Below are positions 1-11,389 of a stretch of 42,600 bases of DNA, in pieces. The notes under the pieces are model-generated. The model was not told the DNA's origin and did no database searches. It saw nothing but the letters and a program-made list of their open reading frames with translations. How positions within the stretch are numbered: position 1 is the stretch's first letter; each line of letters starts with the position of its first letter. The translations under genes and the position numbers were made by a program. This DNA is from Chiloscyllium plagiosum (taxonomy: Eukaryota), in NCBI RefSeq assembly GCF_004010195.1, contig NC_057718.1:6715068-6757667 (forward strand), written 5' to 3'.

Positions 1-38
1 CACAAATGTGTTTCAATGAGATCACCTTTCATTCTTAG

Positions 39-128
39 CTACTCTATGCTGGCATCCCTTTGCATCACAAGCCAGCTGTCCATCCAACAGAGCTAACCAG
101 CATCCAATCACTGGCAAGACTTTGCAGT
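39..128 (+). pseudogene. Candidate exon A of + strand pseudogene (unknown family)
   Basis: ttcttag acceptor at 38 and AGT|GTAAGG donor at 129. 90 nt, open in phase 0 (LLYAGIPLHHKPAVHPTELTSIQSLARLCS). The acceptor may belong to a CR1 remnant at 1-38. Confidence 0.4.
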
Positions 129-467
129 GTAAGGCTATTTTTAAAAAAAATAAGGCTAAATCTTTTATTAAGAGGCTGTGCAAAACACAGCAATCAAGTC
201 CTCATCAGAATCTGCACGGAACAAATTCTAGACAAATTCTAGAGGAAGTGTTCAAGCCTTGTTGTTAGAGCTGGATGAAGGACAGTTGTCACCAGCCAAA
301 GTTTCAAGAGAAGAATTCTGTTTTGTGGTGGAGGTGTCTGGAACTTTTTGAATATAAAGCAGAACCCAATGGCCATTTCCCTTTCCACCTTATCCCGATG
401 ACTCATGATGAAGTGACAGCATTACCAGTGTTAATTCGATAGGTATTCAATTCCCTCTTATTGTCAG

Positions 468-787
468 TTGGCAAGACCGCATGACTTTAGACTCCACAGA
501 GTCCCTGAAGTCTTGTTGACTCTGGGCAACCAGCTGGGTTTCATAGACCAGAGCACATGACTGGTCCAGCCTGACTTTGGCACTGCATTGACAGTGTGAC
601 TCATCGCAGTTTCAACAGTACTGTTTGTAGAATATGCCAACATTTTCAAACCCAGATGGAACATGAACAGGGAAGCTTGGGATTGATCGGACTGGTCATT
701 CTGGACCTCCAATTTGAAGCATGCAAAATGAGTTGGATCAATACGTCTCATTCCCCAGTTTTACTGTTCCATTCTTCTGGGAACAAG
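468..787 (+). pseudogene. Candidate exon B of + strand pseudogene, four in-frame TGA
   Basis: ttccctcttattgtcag acceptor and AAG|GTGGGT donor. Phase-0 frame reads LARPHDFRLHRVPEVLLTLGNQLGFIDQST*LVQPDFGTALTV*LIAVSTVLFVEYANIFKPRWNMNREAWD*SDWSFWTSNLKHAK*VGSIRLIPQFYCSILLGT. Stops at 558, 597, 684 and 729 are all TGA. Confidence 0.5.
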
Positions 788-882
788 GTGGGTGGGTGGA
801 TGGGGGAGTTAAAGGATCGGAAAGCTTTCAAACAGCATGTCTCATCCTTTGGAATTGTCCTGAGAGTCCATCTAGTGTCTTC

Positions 883-980
883 CCTGAAACAAAGCAGAGA
901 TTGCTGGAGAAACTTGGCAGCATCTGTGGGAAGACAGTGGAGTTAACGTTTCAAGTCCAGTGACCCTCTGCCAGAGCAGA
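883..980 (-). mobile_element. Short Penelope-like terminal fragment with degenerate hammerhead core
   Basis: Minus strand CTGGCAGA-GGGTC-actg-GACTT-GAAACGTTA. Similar to 3750-3875. Confidence 0.55.
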
Positions 981-1282
981 ACTTTTTTACATTCAGGATC
1001 CTGTTGTAAAACGAGGAAAGTTGCTCATGTGGGGTAGAGTGAGATTCAGATGGAGGAATCTTAACCAGCTTCAAATTATTTTCTGCTGTTGGGATATAAT
1101 GTGTGTGATGACCTAACCCGCATGGATGGGTTGTGCAGTGTCACAAACTTCTGCAAGGTGGCCCTTTTGATTTCCATGTTCCATGCTAAGGGACGGTATC
1201 CAAGCTAGCAGTCCCAAACCGAGAACTGAAGTCTGGGGATGACTGTCAGTTTTAATGGGAAGATTAAGATTTACATGAGCCA

Positions 1283-2118
1283 GATAGGGTACGCAGTGGA
1301 TCAACCCTAATCTTAAACCTAACCCTAACCTTACCTCTAACCCTAGACATAAACCTATAATAGGTAGGAGACTCAGTGGGTCAACCATAACGCTAATTCT
1401 AACTCTAACCTTAACTCTAACCCTAACCCTAACCCTATCACATGTACAGGACTCAGTAGGTCAACCCTAACACTAAACCTAACCCTATCTCTAACTCTAG
1501 AACTAACACTATCGTAGGTAGGAGACTAACCTAACCTTAACTCTAACCCTAACTCTAACCCTAGACCCTAACCCTAGTACCCTGTCAGAGGTACTGGACC
1601 CATGTGGGACAGCCCTAATCCTAAACCTAACACCATCATAAGTAGGAGACCCAATGGGCCATCCCTATGCCTAATCCTCACCCAAGCCTAGCCCTAACCA
1701 TAACACAGCCCTAATCCTAATCCTAACCATAACCCTAAACCTCGTCTTAACCCCAATTCTAACCTGAGCCCTAACCCTAATCCGTACCCGGACTCTACAC
1801 CTAATCCTAACCTTAAACCAAACTTTAATCCTAACTCTATAATTAGCCCTACCCTTAACTCTAACCCTAACCCAAACCTTAATCCTAACATTAACTTTAA
1901 CTCTAGCTGTAACACTAGCTGTAATCTGAACCCTAAAAGTAACACTAACCCTAACACTAACCTGAACTCTAAGCCAACCCTAACTCTAACTTTAAACCTA
2001 ATCTTTACCTAACTTTAATCCTTACTGTACCTCTATTCCTGACCTTAACCCTAAACCTGACCCTAACCTATATCTTAGCCCTGACCCTAATCTTGAGCCT
2101 GAATCTAACCCTAACCTA
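1283..2118. repeat. Degenerate interstitial telomere-like (CCCTAA)n tract with interspersed ~30-bp motif
   Basis: Many CCCTAA/CTCTAA/CCTTAA/TCCTAA hexamers. Recurring spacer resembling TAGGAGACTCAGTGGGTCAA at about 1360, 1441, 1512, 1588 and 1637. Confidence 0.85.
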
Positions 2119-2398
2119 TACATAATGATCCCTATTGTAAGCCATCATTATCAAACTGGAATCCCTCCTAGACCAGGAGGTGGGCTCCACTGACTGGGAT
2201 GAGCATCGATTGCATACCCTGTTGCCTTGAGATTGTTTGCCGTTATGCTTTGCTTATCCCAAGGACTGAGACGAGGTATTGATGTTCTCCCTCAAATAGC
2301 TCCCCCTACCTCAGTTGCCCTACCCCACCCAGCCCTCCCCCAGATCCCTGTGACGCTCCAGTTTCAGTGAGGATCCTGCCTGACATCAGGGAAATTTG

Positions 2399-2576
2399 CT
2401 GCTGGAAAAGCGCAGCAGGTCAGGCAGCATTTAGGGAACTGGAGAATCAACGTTTCGGGCATAAGCCCTTCCCGAAACGTCGATTCTCCTGTTCCCTAAA
2501 TGCTGCCTGACCTGCTGCGCTTTTCCAGCAACACATTTTCAGCTCTGATCTCCAGCATCTGCAGACCTCACTTTCT
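2399..2576. mobile_element. Penelope-like insertion with inverted arm and 15-bp TSD
   Basis: Inverted arms about 2400-2459 and 2471-2529. TSD catcagggaaatttg at 2384-2398 and 2577-2591. Contains the partial hammerhead GGGC-ttat-GCCC-GAAACG. Confidence 0.8.
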
Positions 2577-2766
2577 CATCAGGGAAATTTGGGCAACTTC
2601 AAAGCCTGAGCCCATTACAGGTGGGTAACTGCTTCCTCCTTGACCTTACTGCCAGCAAGATTGCTCAGAAAGTGGGGGGGGGGGGGCGGCTGTTGGGAGG
2701 TGACCACAGGCAGCAAATCTCTATTTTTCTTTTCCAAATTCTGCATCTAATCTCATCTCTGCGCAG

Positions 2767-2833
2767 CTGAGAAAATCCTGTCCTGCCGTTCCTCAAGGAA
2801 GAAAAGAGATTGTCTTTGGGAACATGTCCCAGA
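2767..2833 (+). pseudogene. Candidate exon C of + strand pseudogene
   Basis: Long polypyrimidine tract, branch-like tctaat, cag acceptor at 2766 and AGA|GTAAAT donor. Continuing frame reads S*ENPVLPFLKEEKRLSLGTCPR (TGA at 2768). Confidence 0.45.
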
Positions 2834-3014
2834 GTAAATGTCAGATAATTAGCCACTGTTACCATCTGGATTCTGGAATTTTTACAATGTCATTCCATTA
2901 CTTTTCCAGTGTTTTAATCTACTATATTGTTGCACCAAACATACCAAATCCTTGACAGGGTCAAGCTGAGAATATCCTTCTTTGATTTGTGAATCTGAAA
3001 CTGGAAGTGTTATT

Positions 3015-3135
3015 GCATCCATAGCTATGGGTCCAGAGCTGGAAGGTTGGACTAGAGTAGATTTAGCATAGCTTTGGCAGTGCAGATTCAATGGGCCGAA
3101 GGGCCTCTTCTGTATAACTCTAAGATTCTATAGAA
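3015..3135 (+). mobile_element. CR1 LINE 3' tail fragment
   Basis: atgggccgaagggcctcttctgta followed by a degenerate short tail repeat, as in other CR1 3' ends in this window. Confidence 0.6.
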
Positions 3136-3749
3136 CATGCGTTCCCAACCTCACCATAAGGGGCAACAGTGTAGCACTGAGATGAGTCGCCATTTCTCAC
3201 ACAGAGATTCATAAATCCTTGGAATGCCCTACTGCAGAGTTCAGTGAGTACTCAGTGAATGAGCATATATCTGGGAAGAGGTCAATAAATGCTTGGCTAC
3301 TAGAGGGAATGGGGATAGTGTTCAAAGGTAGGGTTGAAGCTGACCTCGAAAGATCCAAAACATTTGACTTTCACAATACCCTGCCAGGGCTCCATTGCTG
3401 CATAGAGCTCAGTCAGTGAGTGCACCCAAAAGACTCATTTCAATCTATACTTTATGGTTCATTTTAAGTTTAATATTATCTCCATTATAGCACTAGGTTA
3501 ATTTTTGCAGATGAACTTCCCAGTAGCCCTTCAGCACATTGTCTTAATTCTCACATTCTGGTGCAATCCAGAAAATGCTCTCTTTTCCTCAGTGTTTTGT
3601 TTCTCCTTTCTCTCTTGATCAGATCAGGAGAGTCTCGTAAGCAGCCAAGAGATGATTGATATTCACTCCAGATTTGCAAAAAGTTCTTAATCAACTTGTT
3701 CAGAGATGTTATTGCGCAGTGGATGAGACTTGGGAAAAAAAAACAAATT

Positions 3750-4325
3750 AACAGCGGATGCTGTAAATTGGAAACAAAAGCAGAAGTTGCTGGAAAAGCT
3801 CAGCCGGTCTGGCAGCATCTGCGGAGAGAAATCAGAGTTAACGTTTCAGGTCCGGTGACATTTCCTCAGAACTGATGGTAGATGGGAAAATGTTGGTTTA
3901 TTTGCAGAAGATAAGGTGGGGGAAGGATTGAGGAGTAAGCAAGAGATGGGGATAGAGCCCAAAGAGAGAGAAGAACAGTTGGACAGACAAAGGAGTGGAT
4001 TACAATCAGGATGGGTGGGTGAATAGCTGTTGATGGGGACTGTCAGTGAGTAATAATAGGTAGTGTATAACGGCAGACTGTGTGATAACAAAGTCTTGTG
4101 TGTGGGGTGGGGACTAAGGGACTGTTCAGGCACCAAAATTATTGAACTCGGTATTGTGTCCAGAAAGCTGCAGGGTCCCCAAGTGGAAAATGAGCTGTTG
4201 TTCTTCCAGTTTGCACTGAGCTTGGCTGGAGCACTGCGGCAAGCCTGAGACAGAGACGTTGACCAGGGAACAGGGTAGGGTGTTGAAGTGGCAGGCAACC
4301 AGAAACTCAGGGTCACTTTTGCAGA
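3750..4325 (-). mobile_element. Penelope-like element remnant (GIY-YIG C-terminus and terminal repeat)
   Basis: KLEEQQLIFHLGTLQ motif. Hammerhead-like CTGAGGA..GTC-accg-GAC..GAAACGTTA at about 3838-3870. Confidence 0.7.
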
Positions 4326-4409
4326 GACTTGAACCTTGCTCTCCGGGTCCAGAATTAAACTTCACTGTGTCGGAATTTATGCAAACCCAAATTGAGTGGG
4401 CGACATGAA

Positions 4410-4840
4410 TTCCTGTTGTTGTGGTTCTGTTCGCCGACCTGGAAGTTTTTGTTGCAAACGTTTCGTCCCCTGGCTAGGTGCTTGGGAGCCTCCTGCGAAG
4501 CGCTTCTTTGATGTTTCCTCCGGTGTTTATAGTGGTCTGTCCCTGCCGCTTCCGGTTGTCAGTTTCAGCTGTCCGCTGTAGTGGTTGGTATATTGGGTCC
4601 AGGTCGATGTGTTTGTTGATGGAGTTTGTGGATGAATGCCATGCCTCTAGGGACTCCGTGGCTGTTCTCTGTCTGGCTTGCCCTATGATAGTAGTGTTGT
4701 CCCAGTCGAATTCATGTTGCTTGTTGTCTGCGTGTGTGGCTACTAAGGATAGCTGGTCATGTCGTTTCGTGGCTAGTTGATGTTCATGTATGCGGATTGT
4801 TAGCTGTCTTCCTGTTTGTCCTATATAGTGTTTTGTGCAT
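4410..4840 (-). mobile_element. Penelope-like element GIY-YIG endonuclease fragment
   Basis: HYIGQTGRQLTIRIHEHQLATKR...HEFDWDNTTII...LEAWHSSTNSINKHIDLDPIYQPL, a typical PLE GIY-YIG C-terminus. Confidence 0.85.
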
Positions 4841-5035
4841 GAATTCCTGCATGAAGAGGCTTTGGTGGAGCTGACATGACAGTATGAACTGGCTGGGTCT
4901 TTAGCTCTCATTTGTGGGGAACTAATGAGAAACAACTGTTCTGAGTATACAGCAACCAATAACAGCCCTAGGCCAGTGGTGTGAACCCATAAAGGTCCCA
5001 TTCAGTTTCTTATGAGCAATGCCATTTAATATATG

Positions 5036-5237
5036 ATTTGGAGATGCCAGTGTTGGATTGGGGTGTACAAAATTTTTAAAAATCACACAACACCAGGTTA
5101 TTGTCCAACTGGTTTAATTGGAAGCACTAGCTTTCGGAGCGCCGCTCCTTCATCAGGTGGTTGGGAGCAGCACTCCAAAAGCTAGTGCTTCCAATTAAAC
5201 CTATTGCATTATAACCTGGTGTTGTGTGATTTTTAAT
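5036..5237. mobile_element. Penelope-like insertion with inverted arms and 12-bp TSD
   Basis: Arms about 5076-5148 and 5164-5236 are reverse complements. TSD atttaatatatg at 5024-5035 and 5238-5249. Confidence 0.8.
5120..5160 (-). ncRNA. Minimal hammerhead ribozyme motif
   Basis: CTGATGA-A-GGAGC-ggc-GCTCC-GAAA-GC-tagt-GC-TT: intact core boxes with stems II and III. Confidence 0.6.
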
Positions 5238-5314
5238 ATTTAATATATGTTTGTGTTATGCTTTCAAATAGTGCAATGGGATCCTTCACACACACCTGAG
5301 AGGGAAACTTTAAA

Positions 5315-5945
5315 ATCTTTTATTCACCCGTGGCACGTGAAGGTCACTGGCTGAGTCAGTTGTCCGGCTCTAGTTGTCCTTGACAAGGTGGTGGTGAGCT
5401 GCCTTCTGGCAAATAAAAGCTGGGAGCAGGAGTAGGCCATTCAGCCCTTCAAGCCTGCTCTGCCATTTAACATGATCATGGCTGATCTTCGTTCCGCCTC
5501 AAATCCACTTTCCTGCACACTCCTTGTAGCCTTTCAAGCGCTTACTCATTAACACCCTGTCTATCCCCTCCTTCAATTTCCTCAATGTCCCAGCACCTAC
5601 TGCACTCGGGGGGGGGGAGTAAACCACACAGGTTCATGACTCCTGCAAAGAGGAGAAACGCTGTTGTTCATGTGGTGTGGGTGGAACCACAATGCCCATA
5701 CTGAGGGAATTCCAGGATTTTGACCTAGCGACACTGAAGGAACAGTGATATATCTCCAAGTCAGGATAGTGTGTGGCTTGAAGGGGAATGTGCAGGGGGT
5801 GGTGATCCCATGTATCTGCTGCCCTTGTCCTTCTAGTTGGAAGCAGTCGCAGGTTTGAAAAGTGTTGTCTGAGGATCTTTAATGAATATCTGCGTCTTGT
5901 AGATAATACTCACTGCTGCTACTGAGTGTTGGGGAGGGAGTGGAG
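5315..5945 (-). mobile_element. LINE 3' fragment interrupted by a CR1 3' tail (about 5415-5650)
   Basis: Reverse complement matches 30240-30400 and 32830-33090. The inner segment starts ggagcaggagtaggccattcagccc. Confidence 0.6.
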
Positions 5946-6061
5946 GGAGTTGGGACAGTGGGGAAGGGGGTAAGGTGATTCCTTTCCATAGAATCACAGG
6001 AGTAGGCCATTCAGCCCTTCCAGTCTGCTCCACCATTCAAGATGTTCACGGCTGATCCTCT

Positions 6062-6475
6062 GTCACAGAAACACAGACACACAGACATACCCAGGCACAC
6101 AGACACACACATATAAATACATGCACGCACAGACACACACACACCCAGACACACACACAAATACACGCACGCACAGACACACACACACCCACACACACAC
6201 ACAAATACAGACACACACACATACACACATACCCACACACGCACACAGATACACACACACATACACACACACACAGACACAGACACACACACACAATCTT
6301 TTGTCGTGGTGCAATGGAATGAGAGAGACTTAACTATGCGCAAGCCCCATTTACTGCAACTCACACACACACACAGATACACACACACGGACACACATGG
6401 ACACACACACAGACACACACACGGACACACACACACAGATACACACAGACACAGACACAAACACACGGACACTCA
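6062..6475. repeat. Compound (CA)n/(CAGA) microsatellite
   Basis: Direct inspection. Interrupted by about 60 bp at 6295-6360. Confidence 0.95.
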
Positions 6476-7049
6476 TGGAGCCAGCTTGTGTTCCAAAGGG
6501 AAAATCTCGTCGGGAATAGGAGTGAGGAGGCTGCCTGGTGTCTCCATTGTTGGAGGTAAAAGTGCAGCAGGGAGGGTACGTGTAGGTGGGCAGCAAGGAT
6601 GGTGCTGATGGCATTTTGTCATACTTGATAAACCCCTGCCATCTGCTCCTGTGGCAGGGCTTGGGCAAAAGCACAGTGGGCGGCATTAGTGAGTTTGGGG
6701 GGAAGGCTGTGAAATTCCAATCTTACTTTCCCGAGTGGGGATTTAAACCACAATCCTCTCCCTTGGATTTCTGCCCTCGAATCATGGCTGCCATGTGGAA
6801 TGGTATGCCAGTGTCTTTAATTAACACCATCCAGTTATTATTCATGAGATGAAAGTTCACAAAGTCATTCAAAGTTGTGCAACACTGCTCAGAGCTATGA
6901 AAGTAATGACATCAACTAAAAAGCTGAAATGAAAGATCCGGTGTTACACTGCTTGAGATTGTTAATTTCATTGCCCAGTGTCACGTTACCTCCAGACGCG
7001 ACTTTCCCAAAGTTTTCCTGGTCTCCCATTTAAAGTTTTTTGAATTCAT

Positions 7050-7420
7050 CTAAAGGTCTGCTGCTCACAGTCAAATACTCATCATATGCCTCTCACCAAT
7101 CAACCCTGTGCTCAATGGAATTGGCTCCCGTTCTGGCAATGTCTCCATTTTGACTTTCACATCCTTGTTTCCCAACCTCACCGTAGACAGCTCACCCACA
7201 TGCTCAGTCCCTGTAACCTCCTCCAGCCCTGTGCCCTTCTAACTCCCTGCCTTCTGGCCATCTGCTCATCTCCGGTTTCCAGAACTGCAATACGGTGTCC
7301 ATGCCTTCAACCATCCACCCCATCAACTCTGAAATTCCTTCTCTCAACATCTCCAGCACATTCTCCTTGACATTGTATCTGCAGGGCTACCTAGTTGGCT
7401 GAGCTTTTGAATCCATTGTC
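7050..7420 (+). mobile_element. Degenerate L2-clade LINE 3' fragment
   Basis: Decayed match to the L2 C-terminal pattern HITPVL..LHWLP..RL.FKILILVF around 7095-7170. Confidence 0.5.
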
Positions 7421-7803
7421 CCAACATTTCGTTGTACTTTGTGGCTAGGGATCAAGTATTGCTGTTCACTGTTTATGTAAAGTGCCTTGAAATGTTACAA
7501 TTATGCAGAGATGGACTTTGCCAAATATGAAAGAAAAGGGAAAATATTTGTTCCTTCAATTATAATAAGAAAGTGGATTTTTACCTTGAAACCCAGCATT
7601 CTAAGCAGTAGATTAGCTGCCAAAAATGAATTGATGGACTTGCTTCAAAGAAAATGCACTAAACATTGAATATATTAGTGGCATACCTTTCATGCAAAGT
7701 AACTTAAGACCAGCAGTCATATAGGACCATTGCAGAGCCTCAGTTTATTTTTCAATAGCTTTGCTATGAAGCTGAAATTGCAATCTCAAACTCTCCCTGA
7801 TAG

Positions 7804-8065
7804 CCACTGGTGGATAATCTATTACATCCCCAGACTCCAGTTAATAATGAAGAAGGTTGCAAAAGGACTGAAAAGTCTGAGGAAGGCGACACCATGAAAT
7901 CACAGAAGCAGGTTTCAGTCCTTCAACCTCTTTCCTGTTCCATTATTCATTATGAACTGAAGGAGAAATCAGATCAGAGGCATAGGCAGGAAAACTTGCA
8001 AGAGTCAAATTTTAATTCTTCTGAAACTGTGCCATTTATCCTGAGAATTCCTTGTTATTTCGTTA
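7804..8065 (+). pseudogene. Candidate last exon D of + strand pseudogene
   Basis: ctctccctgatag acceptor. Phase 0 is open (PLVDNLLHPQTPVNNEEGCKRTEKSEEG..., ORF 7810-8106) and runs into a repeat at about 8065. Confidence 0.4.
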
Positions 8066-8134
8066 CACAAGAAATGGGATCAGGAATAGGGCATTCAGCC
8101 CCTTGAACCTGAACCACTGTTCAAGAAGATCATG

Positions 8135-8720
8135 AAGCTTTGCCCACAGCAAAGTTTCAAACCTAGCACCATGCTCATTGTCAACAGAGCTGTCATGGTC
8201 CCCACCTTCGTGTATGCCTCAGAACCATGGATCATGCACTTCAGACCCTTCCAATCCCAGAGAGTTATCACCAGCATCGCTATTACAAAAACCTGCAAAG
8301 TCCACTGGCAGGATGGGTGTACCTAGACCAGTATCCCAGTATCAAGCCACTGGTCATGTATGGCCAGTTGTGATAGGTAGGGCATTGTCCATTTGCCTGG
8401 CACAAGACACACTCAGCAAGTGTTCTACTCCAAATTCAGCTACGGTAAGCAATCATTCAGAGGGCAGAGGAAATGCTACAAGGACACCCTGAAAATCTCA
8501 TTAAACAAACACGACATCCCAGTGAAATGTGGAAACCACTTGCCCTAGAACATGCAAACTGAAGAAGAGCTGCAAAGATGCCACCCATTTCTAGCGACAC
8601 CAAATGGAGCATGTGGAGGTCAAGCACAAGCAGCAGAAATAGTGAGAAGATTCCCCAGTGTCCCACCCACCACCCTATGGTAGAGTCCGCAGATCCAGGA
8701 CTATTTCCAATGCATTAGGG
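8135..8720 (+). mobile_element. Degenerate RTE-clade LINE 3' fragment
   Basis: STMLIVNRAVMVPTFVYASEPW resembles RTE TKL.VY.A.V.PTLLY..E.W. Confidence 0.65.
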
Positions 8721-8759
8721 TTTCGAGTCCAGTCTGACTCCATTTCAAAACTGAAGAAG

Positions 8760-8870
8760 AAGTGTTCTGATGAAGATTCATACCAGACTCGGACCATTAA
8801 CTCTGTGTCTCTCTCCACACGTGCTACCAGACCTGCTGAGTTTCTCCAGTATTCTCTGTTGGTTTCATGT
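8760..8870 (+). mobile_element. Short Penelope-like terminal fragment
   Basis: CTGATGA box followed by ttaactctgtgtctctctccacac..gacctgctgagtttctccag. The GAAA box is mutated. Confidence 0.5.
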
Positions 8871-9054
8871 TCTGAGGATTTAAGTTTGAATTCTACCATG
8901 ACAAATGGTGAAATCTGAACTCAATAAACATCGAGAATTCAACTGCCTAATGGTGACCATCTGTTAATAAATCCCAGGAGGTCTGGCAGCACCTACAGAG
9001 AGAAAGCAGAGTTCACGTTTCCAATCTGGTGACCCTTCTCCAGGGGAGAGAGTA

Positions 9055-10165
9055 GCCTTTTATTTGTCATTTCTCCCAGATACAACTGATACAGTAAAAA
9101 CGAGACAGTGTTCCTCCAGGACTGAGGTTGCTACATGGACAGCACAAACTAGACAATCGTACATGGCACAAAGTGAATCAGAATTGCAAAACACCAAGTT
9201 ACAGTGCTACATAGACATTTTTCTAGCAGCAATTCAAAGTCATGCAAAGAATTTCAGATGGGAAAGAGTCCAATCATACTGTGTTAAGGAGCGTGATGGC
9301 TTGGGGGAAGGAACTGTTGCACAGTCTTGTCGTGAGACACTGAATGCTCTGGTATCTTCTGCTAGACTGCAGAAGGGAGAAGAGTTTTAGTGGTGGGTGG
9401 GTGGGGTCTTCCACAATACTCTTAGCCTGGGCCGAGCAATGGCAGATGGGAATTTAATCCTAATAGGTGCGAGAAGATGCCTTTTGGGAGCTCTAAGAAG
9501 GGACGGGCGTAGACAATGAATGGTAGGTCCCGAGAGAGCACTGGCAAACAAAGGATATTGGTGTATAAGTCCACAGATCCCTGAAGCTGTCAGCACAGAC
9601 AGACAGGATGGGGAAGAAGGCATATGGGATGCTTACCATGGAAAATAGGAGCAAGGAAGTCTTGTTATAACTTGGTAAAACATTGGTTGGCTCCACGTCA
9701 CACCACTGATACAGAGAGGGGTGTGCCATCCACTCCACTTCCTGAAGTCAATGACCAGCTCTTTCGTTTCGCACACGTTGGTGGAGAGATTGTTGTCTTT
9801 ACATCATGCTGCTAAGCACTAAATCTCTTTCCTGCATTGTGTCATGTCATTGTTTGTGACCCAACCTGTGATGTCAGTGTCATCAGCAAACTTGTAAATG
9901 GAGTTGGGGTGGAATTTTGCCACACAGTTGTGAGTGTGTGAGGAGTACAGTAAGGGATTGAGCGCACAGCCTTGCGGGACACTTCTGTTAAGGATTATCG
10001 TGGAGGTGGTGTTGTCGCCAACCCTTACTGACTGTGGTCTATCGATCCAGAAGTTGAGAATCCAGTTAAAGAGAGGGGAGCAGACAACTCAGTCTCAGAG
10101 TTTGGAGTTGAGTTTATTTGGCATTATGGTGTTGAAGGCGGAACTGTAGTCAGCAATTATGAAGA
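9055..10165 (-). mobile_element. Rex1/Babar-like LINE fragments with CR1 fragment inserted (about 9425-9700)
   Basis: Minus-strand IYKFADD (catcagcaaacttgtaaat) and FNT (gtgttgaaggc) RT motifs. Confidence 0.6.
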
Positions 10166-10590
10166 GAATCTGGATAGGCTGGCTTATTTGCCTTGGAGTA
10201 GAGGAGATTATGGCGGGGATCTGACTGAGGAATGCAAAATTATGAGAGACATAAACAGTGTAGATCATAAGAATCCCTTCCCCATGGCAGATGTGTGTAT
10301 AACCAGAGGCAAAAGTTTAAGGTGAGGAGTAAGTGGTTTAGAGAAGATCTCAGTAAATTATGTTTCCCCCAAAGGGTGGTAGAGATATGGAAGGGGCTGC
10401 CTGAGAGAGTGATGGAGGCAGATACTCTCACAGCATTGAAGAAACTCTGGATGAGCGCTTAAAATACCAGACCATGGTAAGCTATGGACCAAGTGCAGAT
10501 TAATGGGATGAGTGGAGTTTGTTGGTCGGCACAGACATGATGGGCCAAAGGGCCTGTTTCTATGCTGTATGGCTTGATGACTCTATACTC
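10165..10590 (+). mobile_element. CR1 LINE 3' fragment
   Basis: Decayed CR1 ORF2 C-terminus plus atgggccaaagggcctgtttctatgctgtat tail. Confidence 0.75.
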
Positions 10591-10899
10591 TATTTCCATC
10601 ACCATTGCTCCTTCTGTCTTGACACATTTATAGGTGAATGTTTCTTCCAGTCATGCACTAGTTAATGTATTCCTGCACGATTCATTCATGGACTGTCTTT
10701 AGCCAGTTGTTAACTTGTTTGTTTTAAATGAGGTTAAATTGGGCACAAAGGAATTTCAATTGGATGTGTTTATCGGTGCAGTTCCTGGTGAACTCAGACC
10801 TTTACATTTGCAACAATGATTATATTTTTTAAGAACTCCATTGGCTTGAAAGTGCTTTGGGACACCTCATAGGCTGTGAGTAGTGGCATGAATCTAAAA

Positions 10900-11280
10900 T
10901 AAATTGCATTCATTCAACACCTTCCATGACCCAAGAATGTCCCAAATCACTTTACAACAAGTGAAGTACTTTTGAAGTGTAGTCTCTGTTACAATACAGG
11001 AATAATAGCAGCACACAAACAGCTACAGCATTATGGTTAAAGTCTGTTTTTTTTAATTATTTTGAGTTGGTCGAAGAATAGATCATTGTCAGGACAGTTG
11101 GAAGGACTCTGTTCTCTTTGTCAAATAGGACATTTATGTCACCAAGCGACGGCTAAGGCCTCAGTTTAACATCTCCCCTGAAAGATGGCACCTCTGCCAA
11201 TGCAGCACACCCACAGTACAGCACTGGCATGCCAGTGAAAAGTTGATACTTATAATTTTGGGGTGAAGCTTGAACCAATG
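10900..11280 (-). mobile_element. Deu-domain SINE (SacSINE1/AmnSINE1-like), degenerate
   Basis: tttaacatctcccctgaaagatggcacctctgccaatgcagcac resembles the Deu core. Related copies at about 20235-20440, 29840-30070 and 33190-33450. Confidence 0.6.
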
Positions 11281-11389
11281 GTATTAGAATGTTACATGCA
11301 GAGGTGATGATGTGGCGGATTGTATGACTGTAGCAAATCCAAAAAGGAGATCAGAGTGGAAAGAAAAAAGAAGAGAGCGGTCTCAGGTA

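Noticed and set aside
2767..2833. Alternative frame GRKEIVFGNM resembling a RhoGEF DH-domain motif
   Set aside because: Short match, no other DH exons found, and this frame stops right after splicing to 7804.
6011..6686. Cys/Val- and His/Thr-rich ORFs (also 12882-13166 and the Leu/Gly ORFs at 1113-1957)
   Set aside because: Translations of microsatellite and telomere-like repeats.
718..7897. Alternative spliced frame ...PFFWEQAEKILSC...PDHWWIIYYIPRLQ...*
   Set aside because: Open for about 77 codons, but the same frame has six mixed TGA/TAG stops upstream within 468-717. Considered less likely, not excluded.
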